Shown here piece by piece: positions 37,095 to 48,831 of a stretch of DNA of 64,000 bases. This stretch comes from Ascidiella aspersa (Eukaryota). Below the pieces are notes generated by a model. That model searched no databases, was not told where the DNA came from, and saw only the letters and a program-made list of their open reading frames with translations. The stretch lies in NCBI GenBank assembly GCA_963924565.1, contig OZ004608.1:30442001-30506000 (forward strand), read 5' to 3'. The position numbers were made by a program, and so were the translations under genes. Positions within the stretch are counted from its first letter, which is position 1, and each line of letters begins with the position of its first letter.

Positions 37095-40000
37095 TCAAGT
37101 AAACCAGTACACCAGCAGCGCTAATGCAACGACAAAGGACGCGACCAGGGCGCGTAAAATCTCGCCTTTGGCCTTTTTGACGATCCACGTTTCCTGCATA
37201 ATCTTGTCGGTGATGTTTTCCGGACACTGCGCCGTGTTCTCGAACGGGAACGCTTCTTCCGGAATATTCTTGTCGAGAAAACGACAGAGCGGCTCCCAGC
37301 CCTAAAGCGTGGAGTAATTTCATCAGTTTTTTAGTTAAACTCATTTAAGGTTTTCTATGTAGCGAATTCTGAAGCAGATTTGACCGGAGTTGAAAAGTAG
37401 CGAGGTTGATAGAAAATGGTTTAAAAATAGTGACAATACGACGTCGTATACCCTGTAATTACATAAAGGTTATAACCAATTAAATAAAACAAAGCATTGC
37501 ATGATTTTTTGGGCCCCATGTTTCTTTCTTACTGCCCTTCTTATATTCACTATATCGATTAATTATTTCATGTTGATTGTTTATAATTATGGAGCCAGTG
37601 AAGCCGGATATAAATTAGGGATTTCTTAATATAATTTGCTCAAAACTTTTTAAATAACTCTGTGTGAACGATTTAAAAATGATTTGACTTGACTCAAGTC
37701 TTTAGAACATTGACTTAACTAAAGTCGTTTGGATAAATGACTTGGGTTGCAATGAAGTGTTTTCATTAAGCATATTTTGTATCAAATGGGTTGATAATCT
37801 TAATTTTTGCAAAAAATAATTTGAGTGCTATTTAATGCGCTTCTGTTATTATTTTATTGAGTAAATGCTCATAAATTGGAAGAGTTAGTCAATTTTAATA
37901 GCTTAAGGTAAAATTTTATGACAAGGACTGGACTTGGAATTGACTTGCTTTTATTATGACTTGAGTGGGACTTTTTATGAAGTGGCTACTCTTATTACAA
38001 CTTGACTGGGATTTTGAGCAACCGCAGGGACTGGAATTAAGTTATTTCAAAATGACTTGTTTATAGCACTGTTTTTTATCACTACATTTCAAGAGTAGGG
38101 TTAAACATTACCAAGTTTCACGCCGAAGTTTACCTCTTTAACGTTAAACTCGAACAGTTGATCATCGGGCATCGTGGCACGGACGTGGCTGTTGTGGCGT
38201 CGGTACCATGATTTCCACAGGAACTCGTTGGGATATGGTTCGCCCTTTTGAAACACAATCGCGCTTCAGCCAAAATAACACTTTATCGAAAATTTAGACT
38301 AGAGGGTCTCATTTTACAAAAAAACATAGAGCGCTTAATTAGGCATATAGAGGAGGAGAATTACCACTTACCAGTTTACTTATTAGCCAACAACAGTTTA
38401 TTACGTTTTCAATTGATTAGCTGGACTTATATTAAATCAAGTTGACTTAATTCTAAAAAAAAGGAAGTGCCTTGCATATAAACAAATTTGTTTCTAAATA
38501 TTCTCTCAATTTTCCAACGCAGAATTTCTTAAACTGGAGGTAGCGCACTATGTTTCAGGTTCTCGATTTAGGCGACATAAATTTTAAACTAAGTGCTCTA
38601 TCATATAACATTGTACGTTTTTTTGGCATTTTAGACAGCATAGTTTCAAAACCAATTCAACACCAACCTCAATTGAATTAATTATTAAAAAAAAACAAAG
38701 CTTGCAGGGGACGACAACAAAGGAATACTGTCAAATATAATTATAATTGTTTCATAGTCAAAAAACCGCAAAACCCCCCAAAAACCCAGGGGTAACTAAA
38801 CTACGTCCTGGACGCTAGATCCTCCCACAGACTTAGTTCTACCCGCCCACGCCATATTTCAATAATGAAGAAGAAGTACAGTTGGAATATTGTCGATTGC
38901 TAAATGTTCCAAACTAAATTGCGATAATTTTTTTAATGGTGCGATAATTTAAGAAGGATCAATATAGTTTGTGGTACATACTACATAGTAATATTTCCCC
39001 GTTACGATAATTAATCAAATTAATCAATTTCAAAGCCAAAAAGGTCGAGTAGATCGACATAATCTTGTTTAGGACGTTTTGATACAAAATTCAGAATTGG
39101 GTATCACCATTGTTTTGAATTACTTCGTAGTCATATCAACTGAAGATGACACAAGTTCGTAGTGTACCTGAGTTAATAAAGTTAGACACAAGAATTTATA
39201 TCTAACCACCGATCGTCAATCCTATAACAGTTTTCCAACCGGCCAAGACCCGGCCCTTGGAGACAAAACTTTGATGACTACTGTTCTTACTGAGAGAAAT
39301 GTTTTTTTTTACTTCTAACGTACCACTGTAATCGCGAAAAGCTTCATCATGTATCCCCGAAAGCGAGTCATGGTGGGCGAGAGCTTGCCCAGGATCGCTA
39401 CCACGGTTGTGTACTTTTCGCCGGCGCTGACAACCATCTTCTTGTAGCTCTTGTACCAATCGTCTTCGTCTCGCGTCATTAAAATTACCTAACTGCCAAG
39501 AATGGTAAAACCGAAAGGTAAAATTTGAATTGCAGAACGTTACAATTTAAATGTATAATTTTTCATCGTTATACGTACATACAATATATGGTCAGTTACA
39601 TACGGATTTAAAAAATGTTAAAACCAAAAAGCAACCTGATGGTAAAACTTTCATTGTAATAAGATATATGACATATGTGTTGTCTGGAAAATTTTTAATC
39701 AAGTTTAGATAGGGTTTAAAAAGGGGCGAAATTAAAATGATTTCCATACTAAAAATTTCATACCGAAATGCACAATAATTTTTATACGTAACGTCAAAAA
39801 TTCATAACGGGACGTCATAAAATATGCATTGGATTCAAATCAGTTAAAAAAAAATTAGTATGGACATACTCATTGGCTAACCCCAAAGGTCGCACTTTGC
39901 ACGACAAAATAGTATTAATTTATTTTCGCAATACCGGTACCGTATATAAAATAAGCTCAATATATTATTTTAAAACACTAATAAAATATATTGTTTTGGA

Positions 40001-41117
40001 ACGTTACCTTGTAAAAAACGATATATATTTATAAACAGAACAGCGTGCCGGTGTTAAACTGTATTTCAGACTGCTTTGGTTTACATTGACCACTAGTTTA
40101 AACTCTAACAGTTTGCAAAGCGTGGCCTAAGTATATGCACACATGTGAATTTAAACTTGCCTTTGCATCAGGCCAGTGGTTCAGGAACTCAGGAACGAAA
40201 TTGGCGTGAGGCATGTCAACCACGGCTTCGACCTTGTCGTATTTGTCCAATATTGCACCAAAGTCAGTCCGTCGACCTTCAAACAAGTCCTCCCACTCAC
40301 CGAAAGCGAATTCGATTGCCTCCTCAGCATCGTACACTAAACAAATAATATTATTATCAATATTGTTCTTGGTGATGGCCGTACTGTTACCTGATGAACA
40401 ATAGAACTCAAGTTTAAAAACCCGAGTAAAACCAGGATCAGACATTTTTTAAAGGAATATATATGTCGCCTGTACTGGCATCGCCAGTTCCTACAAGTAA
40501 AGTAAAATACATAGCCTATACATAGCAAAGTCACAATGAAATCAATAAAATAGTAAAAAAACATATGAAGTCAGTATAGATTAACAATAAGTGACCTGAT
40601 GAAACACGGTTGTACAAAAGCAGGTCAACAGTGCCACTTGTTTTCAATTTTTATCACTATGTTTTTAAATTATCATACGTGTTTGGCTCTTGATGCTATG
40701 TAAAAAAAGTTTTTAAACACGTTCGTCGTTCGTAGTCTTCGTATTTAAATTTGGCGGGACAAGTGGTGAAAGAAAGAACGTGCTCATTGGAGTGAAACGA
40801 CACGAAAGCGAGCCATTTTTTCTTAAAGACTTATAGGAGATTTCACCACAGTTGGCAAGTTAAAAACGGTTTTTAAAAAGGATTTTACTCCAAAACAGTT
40901 AAACAAAATGCAGCACATAGATTTGGTAATATATTCTAGTGATTCGCTACACAAGAAACAACATAATATTTACATTTTAGCGTTTGACTTGTAGCGAAAC
41001 ATGTAGTGCAACTCAACTTTATATATAATGTATACCTGGATCGTAGCCAAGCCTTCGTAAGGCCTTCGCCATTGACTTGGTACCAGTCTTTGGAGCTCCC
41101 GCACATATTATTTTCAT
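37095..41117 (-). CDS. Sulfotransfer_4-like P-loop sulfotransferase S1 (246 aa, 5 exons, C-terminal TM)
   Basis: Exons 41117-41036, 40336-40161 (GC donor), 39488-39324, 38244-38134 and 37301-37095. Motifs MKIICAGAPKTGTKS, AVVDMP, WPDAKVILMTRD..DWYKS, YRRHN..V and NVKEGWEPLC.FL...IP...FP..N. Hydrophobic tail ALVASFVVALALLVYWF. Confidence 0.87.
40404..40530. repeat. Dispersed repeat fragment shared with 58094-58215
   Basis: AAACCCGAGT(A/G)AAACCAGGATCAGA(C/T)ATTTTTT..AAGGAATATAT..TCGCCT occurs in intron 1 of both S1 and S3. Confidence 0.75.
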
Positions 41118-41956
41118 CACCGGGCAGCAATAAGCTCGCACAAAACGATTAAAATACAGCAAAAGCAGAAACGGCTAGCATTACATATCAGCAGAAGCGG
41201 CAAGTGCTTGTTTAGGCAGTTCATTTGCCTTCTTCTCGAAAGCGTACTTCCCGCAGGGTAAACTAAGCCAGCCGGTTGCTGGCGAATTGAATTACACAAC
41301 TCTTGCTCATTCTGCACTTTTGGCTTAAGCCAGCGGTCTTTAGGTTTGTTTTTTACGTTGGTGTTGTTGTTATTGTATAATCACCAGGCATTTCCGTGGT
41401 TTTGCAGGCATTACTGTTTTTTAGTAAGCTGTTGCTTTATACGCTTGTTATGTGAGACTTGGCAGCAATTGTTGGTAACTTTATGTGCTTACTGATATCA
41501 AAAAATGCACGGGGCGCTATGTCTAGAATTGTTTTGTTTTTCTCACAAGTCGTGTCTTATCAGCTACCCTCTGACAGTACTTTAAGAAGTGGCTATTTGA
41601 CTGCATCGCTCTTTTACGCTTCCAGCAATACGTCTACTTGATTATTTGTTGATTTAGGTTAGGGTTGAGGTGAGCGTTTGGGTTTGGGTAGTGGTGGTGG
41701 TGGTATTAGATTTAATTTTCTGAAAATAGATTTAAATTACTTTGTTAGCCGGGTAAACAGCCTTAGGAGGTGCCTATGGGCTATTTGGCCGGATCGCTCT
41801 TCACCGCTTGCACCCGTTAGTGATTAATGTCGATTTTAATTATTTTGGTGTCTGGGTGAATGGCTTCTTCCAGAATTTTAACAAGACTATATATGAACTT
41901 GTATTTGTGTAAACTGTGTAGATTAATCTCACAGCAAAAATTGGCTATTTGACGAG
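41118..41956. promoter_or_regulatory. About 840-bp divergent promoter region between S1 and S2, containing the dispersed GT-rich repeat (41586-41805)
   Basis: Head-to-head ATGs at 41117 (-) and 41957 (+). Confidence 0.55.
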
Positions 41957-44900
41957 ATGAAAGTCATTTGTGCTGGAGCGCCCAAAACAGGCACGAAATC
42001 TATTGCAAAGGCGCTAAGGATTCTTGGATATGATGAAGGTACGAAATTAAGCTTCTATAATATAGTCATGCCTAGAAATCAAGGATTAAACATCCAGGCC
42101 TACTAACCCCTCTTTAAAAAATATCAATATTTCACTGCAAATATCATACGATGAAAATATTCAAAACGCTTGAATGATGTTGTACTTAAAAATGTAGAGT
42201 TGCTATTGATTAGGAATTTTAGTAGATTTGTTGGCGCTGGTTAGAATCCTATCATCTGTTTCGTCCGGGCGTTTATATTGCTAACTTTATGTTAAGAAAG
42301 TTGTCCTAATTTTAATTGTGTATAACCCAATGAAAGAAAAAATCAAATAGCCCATGTGTCCTTGAAGCAAAATACATTTCGACCAAACGCAAGGTTACGT
42401 TTCAAAATCCTTGTGGCCTATTTAACATTATCCGCCTGTATAACATATTAGTAAAGACACTATAGAGAGGAGCTTTGTTGTTTGACAGATTGTAAACTTT
42501 CTATTCCAACCTCTCTTATAAACTTTGTATTCCAATCTTTTGCGAAATGTAATACACAGTGAGTTAAAGGCTAGAGAGTTCTAAGTTAAGCGATGAGTTG
42601 GCTGATTATTCATTTAATCAAATTTTACTGATACTTTGTAGTTTCATTTGCAAAAAGTAATGTTTCGTGCTTTAGCTTTCCGCGGTAATTTAACGCAGCC
42701 GCAGTAAACGTGACCCAGTGTATCAATCGGACTCTGTCGACTTCTCAAACGCGAAAGCTACTTGATCTGTAGCGACGTCTAGCGGTATGCAATTTAGCTT
42801 TTAAAAATCGCAAAAAACGTTCCTTACCTGTTGCTGGAAAACCGCAGTGTACGACGTTGAGGAGGCGATCGAGTTCGGCTTCAACGAGTGGGAAGCTGTT
42901 TTCCAGAACCGAGAGCCAAACCTCGACAAACTGCTGGACACTGTCTACTCGAAGAAGGTGGAAGCGGTGGTCGACGCACCGCACTCCTACTTCTTCGACA
43001 AGTTTCTGGAGCGCTGGCCTGACGCAAAGGTATTTTTTGCGAACTGTTTTCTAAAAGCTTCTGCCGACGAAAGTTGTCCTGCAAATTGGTAGATAATTTT
43101 TTGTATTATTAGTTACCTAAAATTTAATACAATTCCACGTTTCATATAATCAATTTTACTTCACTTGACCGTAGCAATTCCGTTATTGTTCGTCGGATTG
43201 AACCATGGTACTTTTTGCCAAGAATTTATAGTATAGTTAGGTATCGAAAAACGAGAATTGGATATCTCTCCACAATAGTAAGGGTGACAAAACATTTTCA
43301 CCATTGCTGTAAGTCAGGTCTTCAACTTTCAGTGTACGATAACTTTTCTTTAATAAACTTTGACTTTATACTTTATGACAGTTTTTTAATTGCTTAAGGT
43401 ATTTATGTAGTACTAGAAAACCAATTCGTCGTTTTTAAGCCTAACTACACTTCGTTAAGCCGATACACTTGACCATTGTCAGTTGCCTTTTCACTGCCCC
43501 AATTAGAACGATATGTCGCATTCACGCTTGCCGAAAGTGCAATTCAGTTTGTCTATATCTATATTACTCAATCTTACAAAACAGCCAGGTATATACAGAC
43601 GTTTGTAAACCACACATCGCAAGCTTTCGACTATTGTTTTAACCAGGGCTGGGGAGCCGGAGCCGGAGCTGGAGCCCGGAGCCCGGAGCTAAGCATTTTC
43701 TCTGGAGCCGGAGCCGGAGCCGGAGCCATTGTTATTATTTTTGTGGAGCTGGAGCCGGAGCCGGAGCCATTTTTATTATTTTTGTGGAGCTGGAGCCGGA
43801 GCTGGAGCCATTTTTATTATTTTTGTGTAGCTGGAGCCATTTTTCAATTTGTGGTGTTAAAGCTAAGAAATTATATTTTGTTCCATCTCCAACGTTAGTG
43901 AGACAAAAGCAATTTTTAAAACTTGCCATTGAATAAGTGACTGGTGGCACCGGAGCTGGAGCCGGAGTCATTGGGTGTATGTTTGATGGCTCCGGAGCTG
44001 GAGCCGGAGCCAAGGGATATGAGTTTTACTACTCCGGAGCTGGAGCCGGAGCCATTTAATAATTGCCTGATGGCTCCGGAGCTGGAGCCGGAGCTAATGC
44101 TATTTTACGGTGGCTCCCCAGCCCTGGTTTTAACCAGGGCTGCGGAGTTGGACACGGGATTCGAGTTCGGCTATCCCGACTCCGACGTGCGCATGCGCAG
44201 TATCAAATTTTAAAACTGATAAGGCCGCAAACTTTAAATTTTAAGAGTGGAATAGCATACATCCGGAATATTTTCCAACCATGTATTTTGGGTGACTAAT
44301 TTATATGACACGTATTTGGGTGGGTTGCTGACTATCTTTGCTAAAGGGTTCAGTTTCTTGACCGTAGTAGGACTCAGCCTTTTTTAACGTACTTCGAAAG
44401 GCCTTTTTTAACGTACAAGGAAAGCTCTTGGTTTTCAATTCCGTTTGATGTGCCACCGAGAAACTCGCCCTGTTTAAGGAAACGTTTTCAATACAATCAG
44501 GTGATTTTGATGGTGCGTGATGAAGACGAATGGTTCACCAGCTTCAGCAATATGATGAACGAAGGCAGTGCAGCTTTCAAGTACATGGTTTTTCTCAGGC
44601 CACTGTCCAAGTCATTGCGAAGAATGCTGGAATGGACGACATTCCTGTTTACAATGACTGTGGTATAGAAAAAGCTGTTTTTAATGCTAAAATGTCACTG
44701 TTAAGGTTGTTCAAGGTAGAATTTAGGATCCTTAGATTTGAATCCAATTGGATTTTAAACTTTGTCGTTTATATCGGACAGAAGTAGGTTGTGCCCAATT
44801 CTAAATACGCAAACTCGCAAAAGTAACATTCCATTGTAAAACGTGCTACTTGCGCTACGGGGTTACTCAAGGTCAAATTTAGCGAGGTATTCAGCGAGGT

Positions 44901-45889
44901 TCGCCAACGGTGTAATAACACTTTTTTGATGTTTTTTTTGTGTTTTCCTTTTAAAATTCTGGATTCGTTATTCTAAATTCGAAACCTATTATTCCAGAAT
45001 ACTTTGGGATTTACTTTGAACTTCCTATCCTTGACTTTATGTCTTTAGTAATAACGTTGAAAATTGTATTGCACTAGATTTACGTAGATTGCATACCTTA
45101 TATAGCTATTTACTTGTTTTATATAGCGAAACTACTGCTATAGAAGACAACGAGTGAAATAATAATTTCGTTATTAGATAAAATTAGTATAACAATTACA
45201 TTTCTATCTTATTAGGGTACACCCAGGCCTCATGAACTGCTGTGGAAAGTCTGGTATAGGCGCCACAACGCTTATGTCAAGGCAACCGTACCTGAAAAGC
45301 AGCTTCTAATATACAATGTACAAGAGGTGAGTTTATCCTAATATATACGTCTAAAAGCCTCCAACCATTGAACACATGTGTGTGTGTAATGTGTATCTTT
45401 CCCGGTATGCCCGTAGGTTGTGAATTCGAACCTCACTGCAGGCTAGTTGTTATTTTAGCCTGCCTTCCTTACATCATTGATCGACAGATTCTATGAGTCC
45501 GTGGTGGATTTCGGTGTACTAATAATACGTAAACCGTAATCATTGGCCAAAAATCAGCTTTAGAAGGACTAGATGACAGTTGTTGAACACCACATATGTG
45601 TGTGTATCTTTCATTGTGCTCCCAAACATTTCAAATGTTATTTAATTAATACAATTTAAAGGCCTGGGAGCCTCTGTGCGAATTTCTGGAGCGTCCAGTC
45701 CCGGATGACGACTTTCCCTTCGAAAACCGAGCGGTCACAAGCTCCAAGAAAAGGATCCTGCATCGGATGATGACTGACGTGTGGGTGGTGAAGAAAGCTC
45801 AGCGCGAAGTCAAAAGATCGCTGCTTCTGATTGGCTCGGGCGTGGGCGTGGGTGTGATGATTGGCGTTTATTTTGCCTACTTTAGGTAG
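41957..45889 (+). CDS. Sulfotransfer_4-like P-loop sulfotransferase S2 (254 aa, 5 exons, C-terminal TM)
   Basis: Exons 41957-42038, 42848-43029, 44501-44662, 45216-45326 and 45662-45889, all GT-AG and in frame. Motifs MKVICAGAPKTGTKS, VVDAP, WPDAKVILMVRDEDEWFTS and WEPLCEFL. Tail LLLIGSGVGVGVMIGVYFAYFR. Confidence 0.88.
43644..44126. mobile_element. Young hAT MITE with internal GGAGCC/GGAGCT arrays, in S2 intron 2
   Basis: Perfect 15-bp TIRs CAGGGCTGGGGAGCC/GGCTCCCCAGCCCTG and a perfect TSD GTTTTAAC. Immediately followed by another CAGGGCTG-starting element end at 44135. Confidence 0.92.
45369..45612 (+). mobile_element. Possible tRNA-derived SINE fragment in S2 intron 4
   Basis: B-box-like GTGAATTCGAACCTC. 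Bracketed by imperfect direct repeats TTGAACAC...ATGTGTGTG...TATCTTTC. Confidence 0.35.
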
Positions 45890-46000
45890 CGCCTGTTGTC
45901 CGGTTTGTCGGATTAGTAGGCTTTTGTCGATGCGGCTTTATCGCCCAAGGGAAAGCTTTATCTTGCGTTTTCCCCGCATTATATATTTATTGTCGATCAA

Positions 46001-46506
46001 CAGTGTTGTAATGACTTAAGTCAATGACTTGACTTAAGTGCACTTAAGTCACTGTTTTCAAACGACTTGACTTGACTTAAGTCATTTGGGAAAAATGACT
46101 TGACTTGACTTAAGTCTTTCGGATAAATGACTTGACTTGACTTGACTTAAGTCATTTGGACAAATGACTTGGGTTAAAATGAAGCGTTTTTTTTTCAAGT
46201 ATTTTTTTATAAAATTGAGCTATTTATCCAAATTTTAGCACATAAAACAAATTGCTTGCTATATGTTGCGTTTTTTCTTATTTTTTAGTTCAGTTATTGC
46301 TCATAATCATACAAATTTAAAAATTTTAATAGTTTAAAATTTTATTTTTTAACAAGAACATGACATGAAGTTGACTTGCTCTAATTATGACTTGACTGGG
46401 ACTTGACTTGTTACGTATTCAAAAAGACTTGACTTGGACTTAAGTTGTTTTACAAATGACTTGACTGGGACTTAAGTCAATTTAAAATGACTTGTTTACA
46501 ACACTG
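46001..46506. mobile_element. Best-preserved copy of the GACTT-rich hAT MITE family
   Basis: TIRs CAGTGTTGTAA/TTACAACACTG, a perfect TSD TCGATCAA and tandem GACTT(AAGTC) units. Related degenerate copies lie near 2385-2700, 5500-5640, 9379, 18800, 26830-27180, 32940-33180, 36627-36950, 37660-38070 and 63005-63080. Confidence 0.93.
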
Positions 46507-47463
46507 TCGATCAATAAGGAAGGTAGCAATAACTATCGAAAAATGTAAACGCTTTGTATTATGTTGTAACTCCCTAAAAGCAAAACAGCAACTTACGCGT
46601 AGTATTATAAAAATAATGGAAGCTTTTAAAACCTAATCTACGGACCACATAAAAATAAAATGGCAAACAGACTTGCAATTAGATGAAACAGCGTTTAATG
46701 CGTCGCAATAAACAGAGTCTATTTCTATGAATTGAACTTTTCGGTCTGTTTGGATTTTGAGACACAATTACAGTTCTAAGCTTCACGGGTCCAGCAAGTC
46801 GATAACCAACCGTAACGCCAATGCTTGTTACATTCCGTTAGTACAAACAGTAATATAACAAACTGGGTTTGCAAGCTCAGACTATTGATTTATGGTGACG
46901 TTTCACGGAGCTTAAAATTTGTTTGAGACCTGCAGCAGCAAACTTAGGAAACCATCGAAGTGGAAAATCTGTTTAAATGTCACTGCTTCCAGTGTCAACC
47001 TGAGGTTATGCCGTCTAGACGCCAGACATAACGTTTGCTAATGCCAAGTGTGGTAAAGTTTACTCATTAAATTGCGGTACCTGGAACTTTTGAGACCCAT
47101 TGGTTTTCGCAGATTTGGTGAAAAACAACATCACAGCTCAAAAGTTGTAAATACAGGAAAAAGTCGACTAACACTAAAATTTATTTTTTATTTCTCAATT
47201 ACATGTATGAATGCTCGTAGAGATGTAGCCTAAAAGTAAACAATAAACTAAAAATAAAAACTGCCGACAGGGCCGTAACTTTGTGAGTTGGGCCATGCTG
47301 CCTCCACCAAACAGTCGCATTTCTTTGTAATTAACTTACTTTTCTGCTGTTGAATGCGAACGTTGCTTTTGCACGAAAAAACTTCTGTGTAATGTTACTT
47401 AAAATCCAAATCTGTGAGGCGCGTTGTTGGAAAAAAACGCTCATATTATACACTATAGGCTAC

Positions 47464-48831
47464 CAGGGATGGCGAACCACTGACCCGCGCCAAAATATTT
47501 TTAATGACCCACTTGTCTCTCTAGATTAGAAATACAGAAATGTTATCCATCATTTTCAGGAATAGTTAAATGTAAAAAACATCGTTAGATAGCACTATAC
47601 AAATCAGGGCTACCCAATCTGTTTGTTGTGCAAAAGTATTTTATGTAGGGTTGGCAAGTCTGTCAATTGACCGGTCAAATACGGTCAATTGACCGCACTT
47701 TATTTAACCGGTCAAATACTCATATTGGAAGCAAATTTTGTAAATTTTTTAAAAATTGTTTTTTGATTTAAACTTGATTGTAACTGTTTTAAAGAATTTA
47801 AATATAAAATGGTAGGGTTTGCCTGATGCAAACATATATGGTAATAACTAAGTGTTTGTAATAGCGAAGTATATTTATTTTGTTTAAAATAAATGCACGT
47901 ATATGATGAATCGCGTTTGTCATAAAAGGAAACACTAGTTGGGGTATACCACAATCTTAGGCTACTTAGAAATTTAGGAGAACCGAATTCCTTGTCTCCA
48001 GTGGACCCTGGTGATGATTTAGAAAATTCACATAGTCACAAAAGTTATGACGAGTAGTAAAAATATTATTTTACTGATGCATTTACTGGTTGTTAAATTT
48101 CGTTAATAAACTTGTTGTCTTAACTTGTTGGTTGTAGTAATGGTAAAAATTACTACAATACTGCTATAGTATTGCTTGCAAGATGGGCATGGTTTTGCAG
48201 AAATTCTTATTGATAGTCGAAAATAATTGTTTTTGTTTTACAAACCATTGTACTTTGAGCCAAAATGTTCATTTATAAATCAAGGTTTATTTTTAACTTC
48301 AATTGCATTTTGATTTATAAATATTTGACGAGTATTTGACCGGTCAATTAACCGGATTTTATTTAACCGGTCAAATGCCCAAGTTTTAGGGGTGACGAGT
48401 AGGCCAACATTAACTGCATTTCAACAAATATGTGCAGGAACGCAGACTAAAGGCATTTTGTTTATCGCTGTAAAACGTAAGGGTGGCGATCCGATCCTTT
48501 TAAGAGAAATTAAGAACTCACAGACAGAAAATTCTGAGGTCCCTGGTTAAACCTTGCTGAAACGCTTTCTGTTGAACTCCTGTAATCCCATAAAAAAAAA
48601 AACAACAAGGCATTTGTTCACTATTTAGGTTCTTAATATTTGTGGGAACCCAAATTTGAAAACCGTCCAAAAACCCTGCATTACCAACCCAGACAAAATA
48701 ACACTTACACGACACAGCAAAAAAGTTTCGCATAAAATTAGAATAGCATTAAACATATGACCCACTTGTGCATTTTGTAGGGATTAAGGTCGTGTTTGTG
48801 ACCCGCGCAACAAAAAGGTTCGCCATCCCTG
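47464..48831. mobile_element. hAT MITE containing a nested inverted-repeat element (~47647-48390)
   Basis: Perfect TIRs CAGGGATGGCGAACC/GGTTCGCCATCCCTG. CACTATA occurs on both flanks, with the left copy offset by about 5 nt. The inner element has inverted ACCGGTCAAATACTC/GAGTATTTGACCGGT ends. Confidence 0.75.

Noticed and set aside
43476-44299. ORFs with GAGAGA/ELEPEP/APAPAP repeats and a CRISPR-like repeat-spacer look
   Set aside because: Explained by the hexamer arrays of a TIR/TSD-bounded MITE in a eukaryotic intron. Several spacers are repeats of each other and there are no cas genes.
31304-45889. Functional coupling of the cathepsin and sulfotransferase arrays as one pathway or operon
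   Set aside because: Only adjacency supports it. S1 is co-oriented with the cathepsins, about 1.4 kb upstream of copy C, but I see no shared regulatory sequence; co-expression data would be needed.
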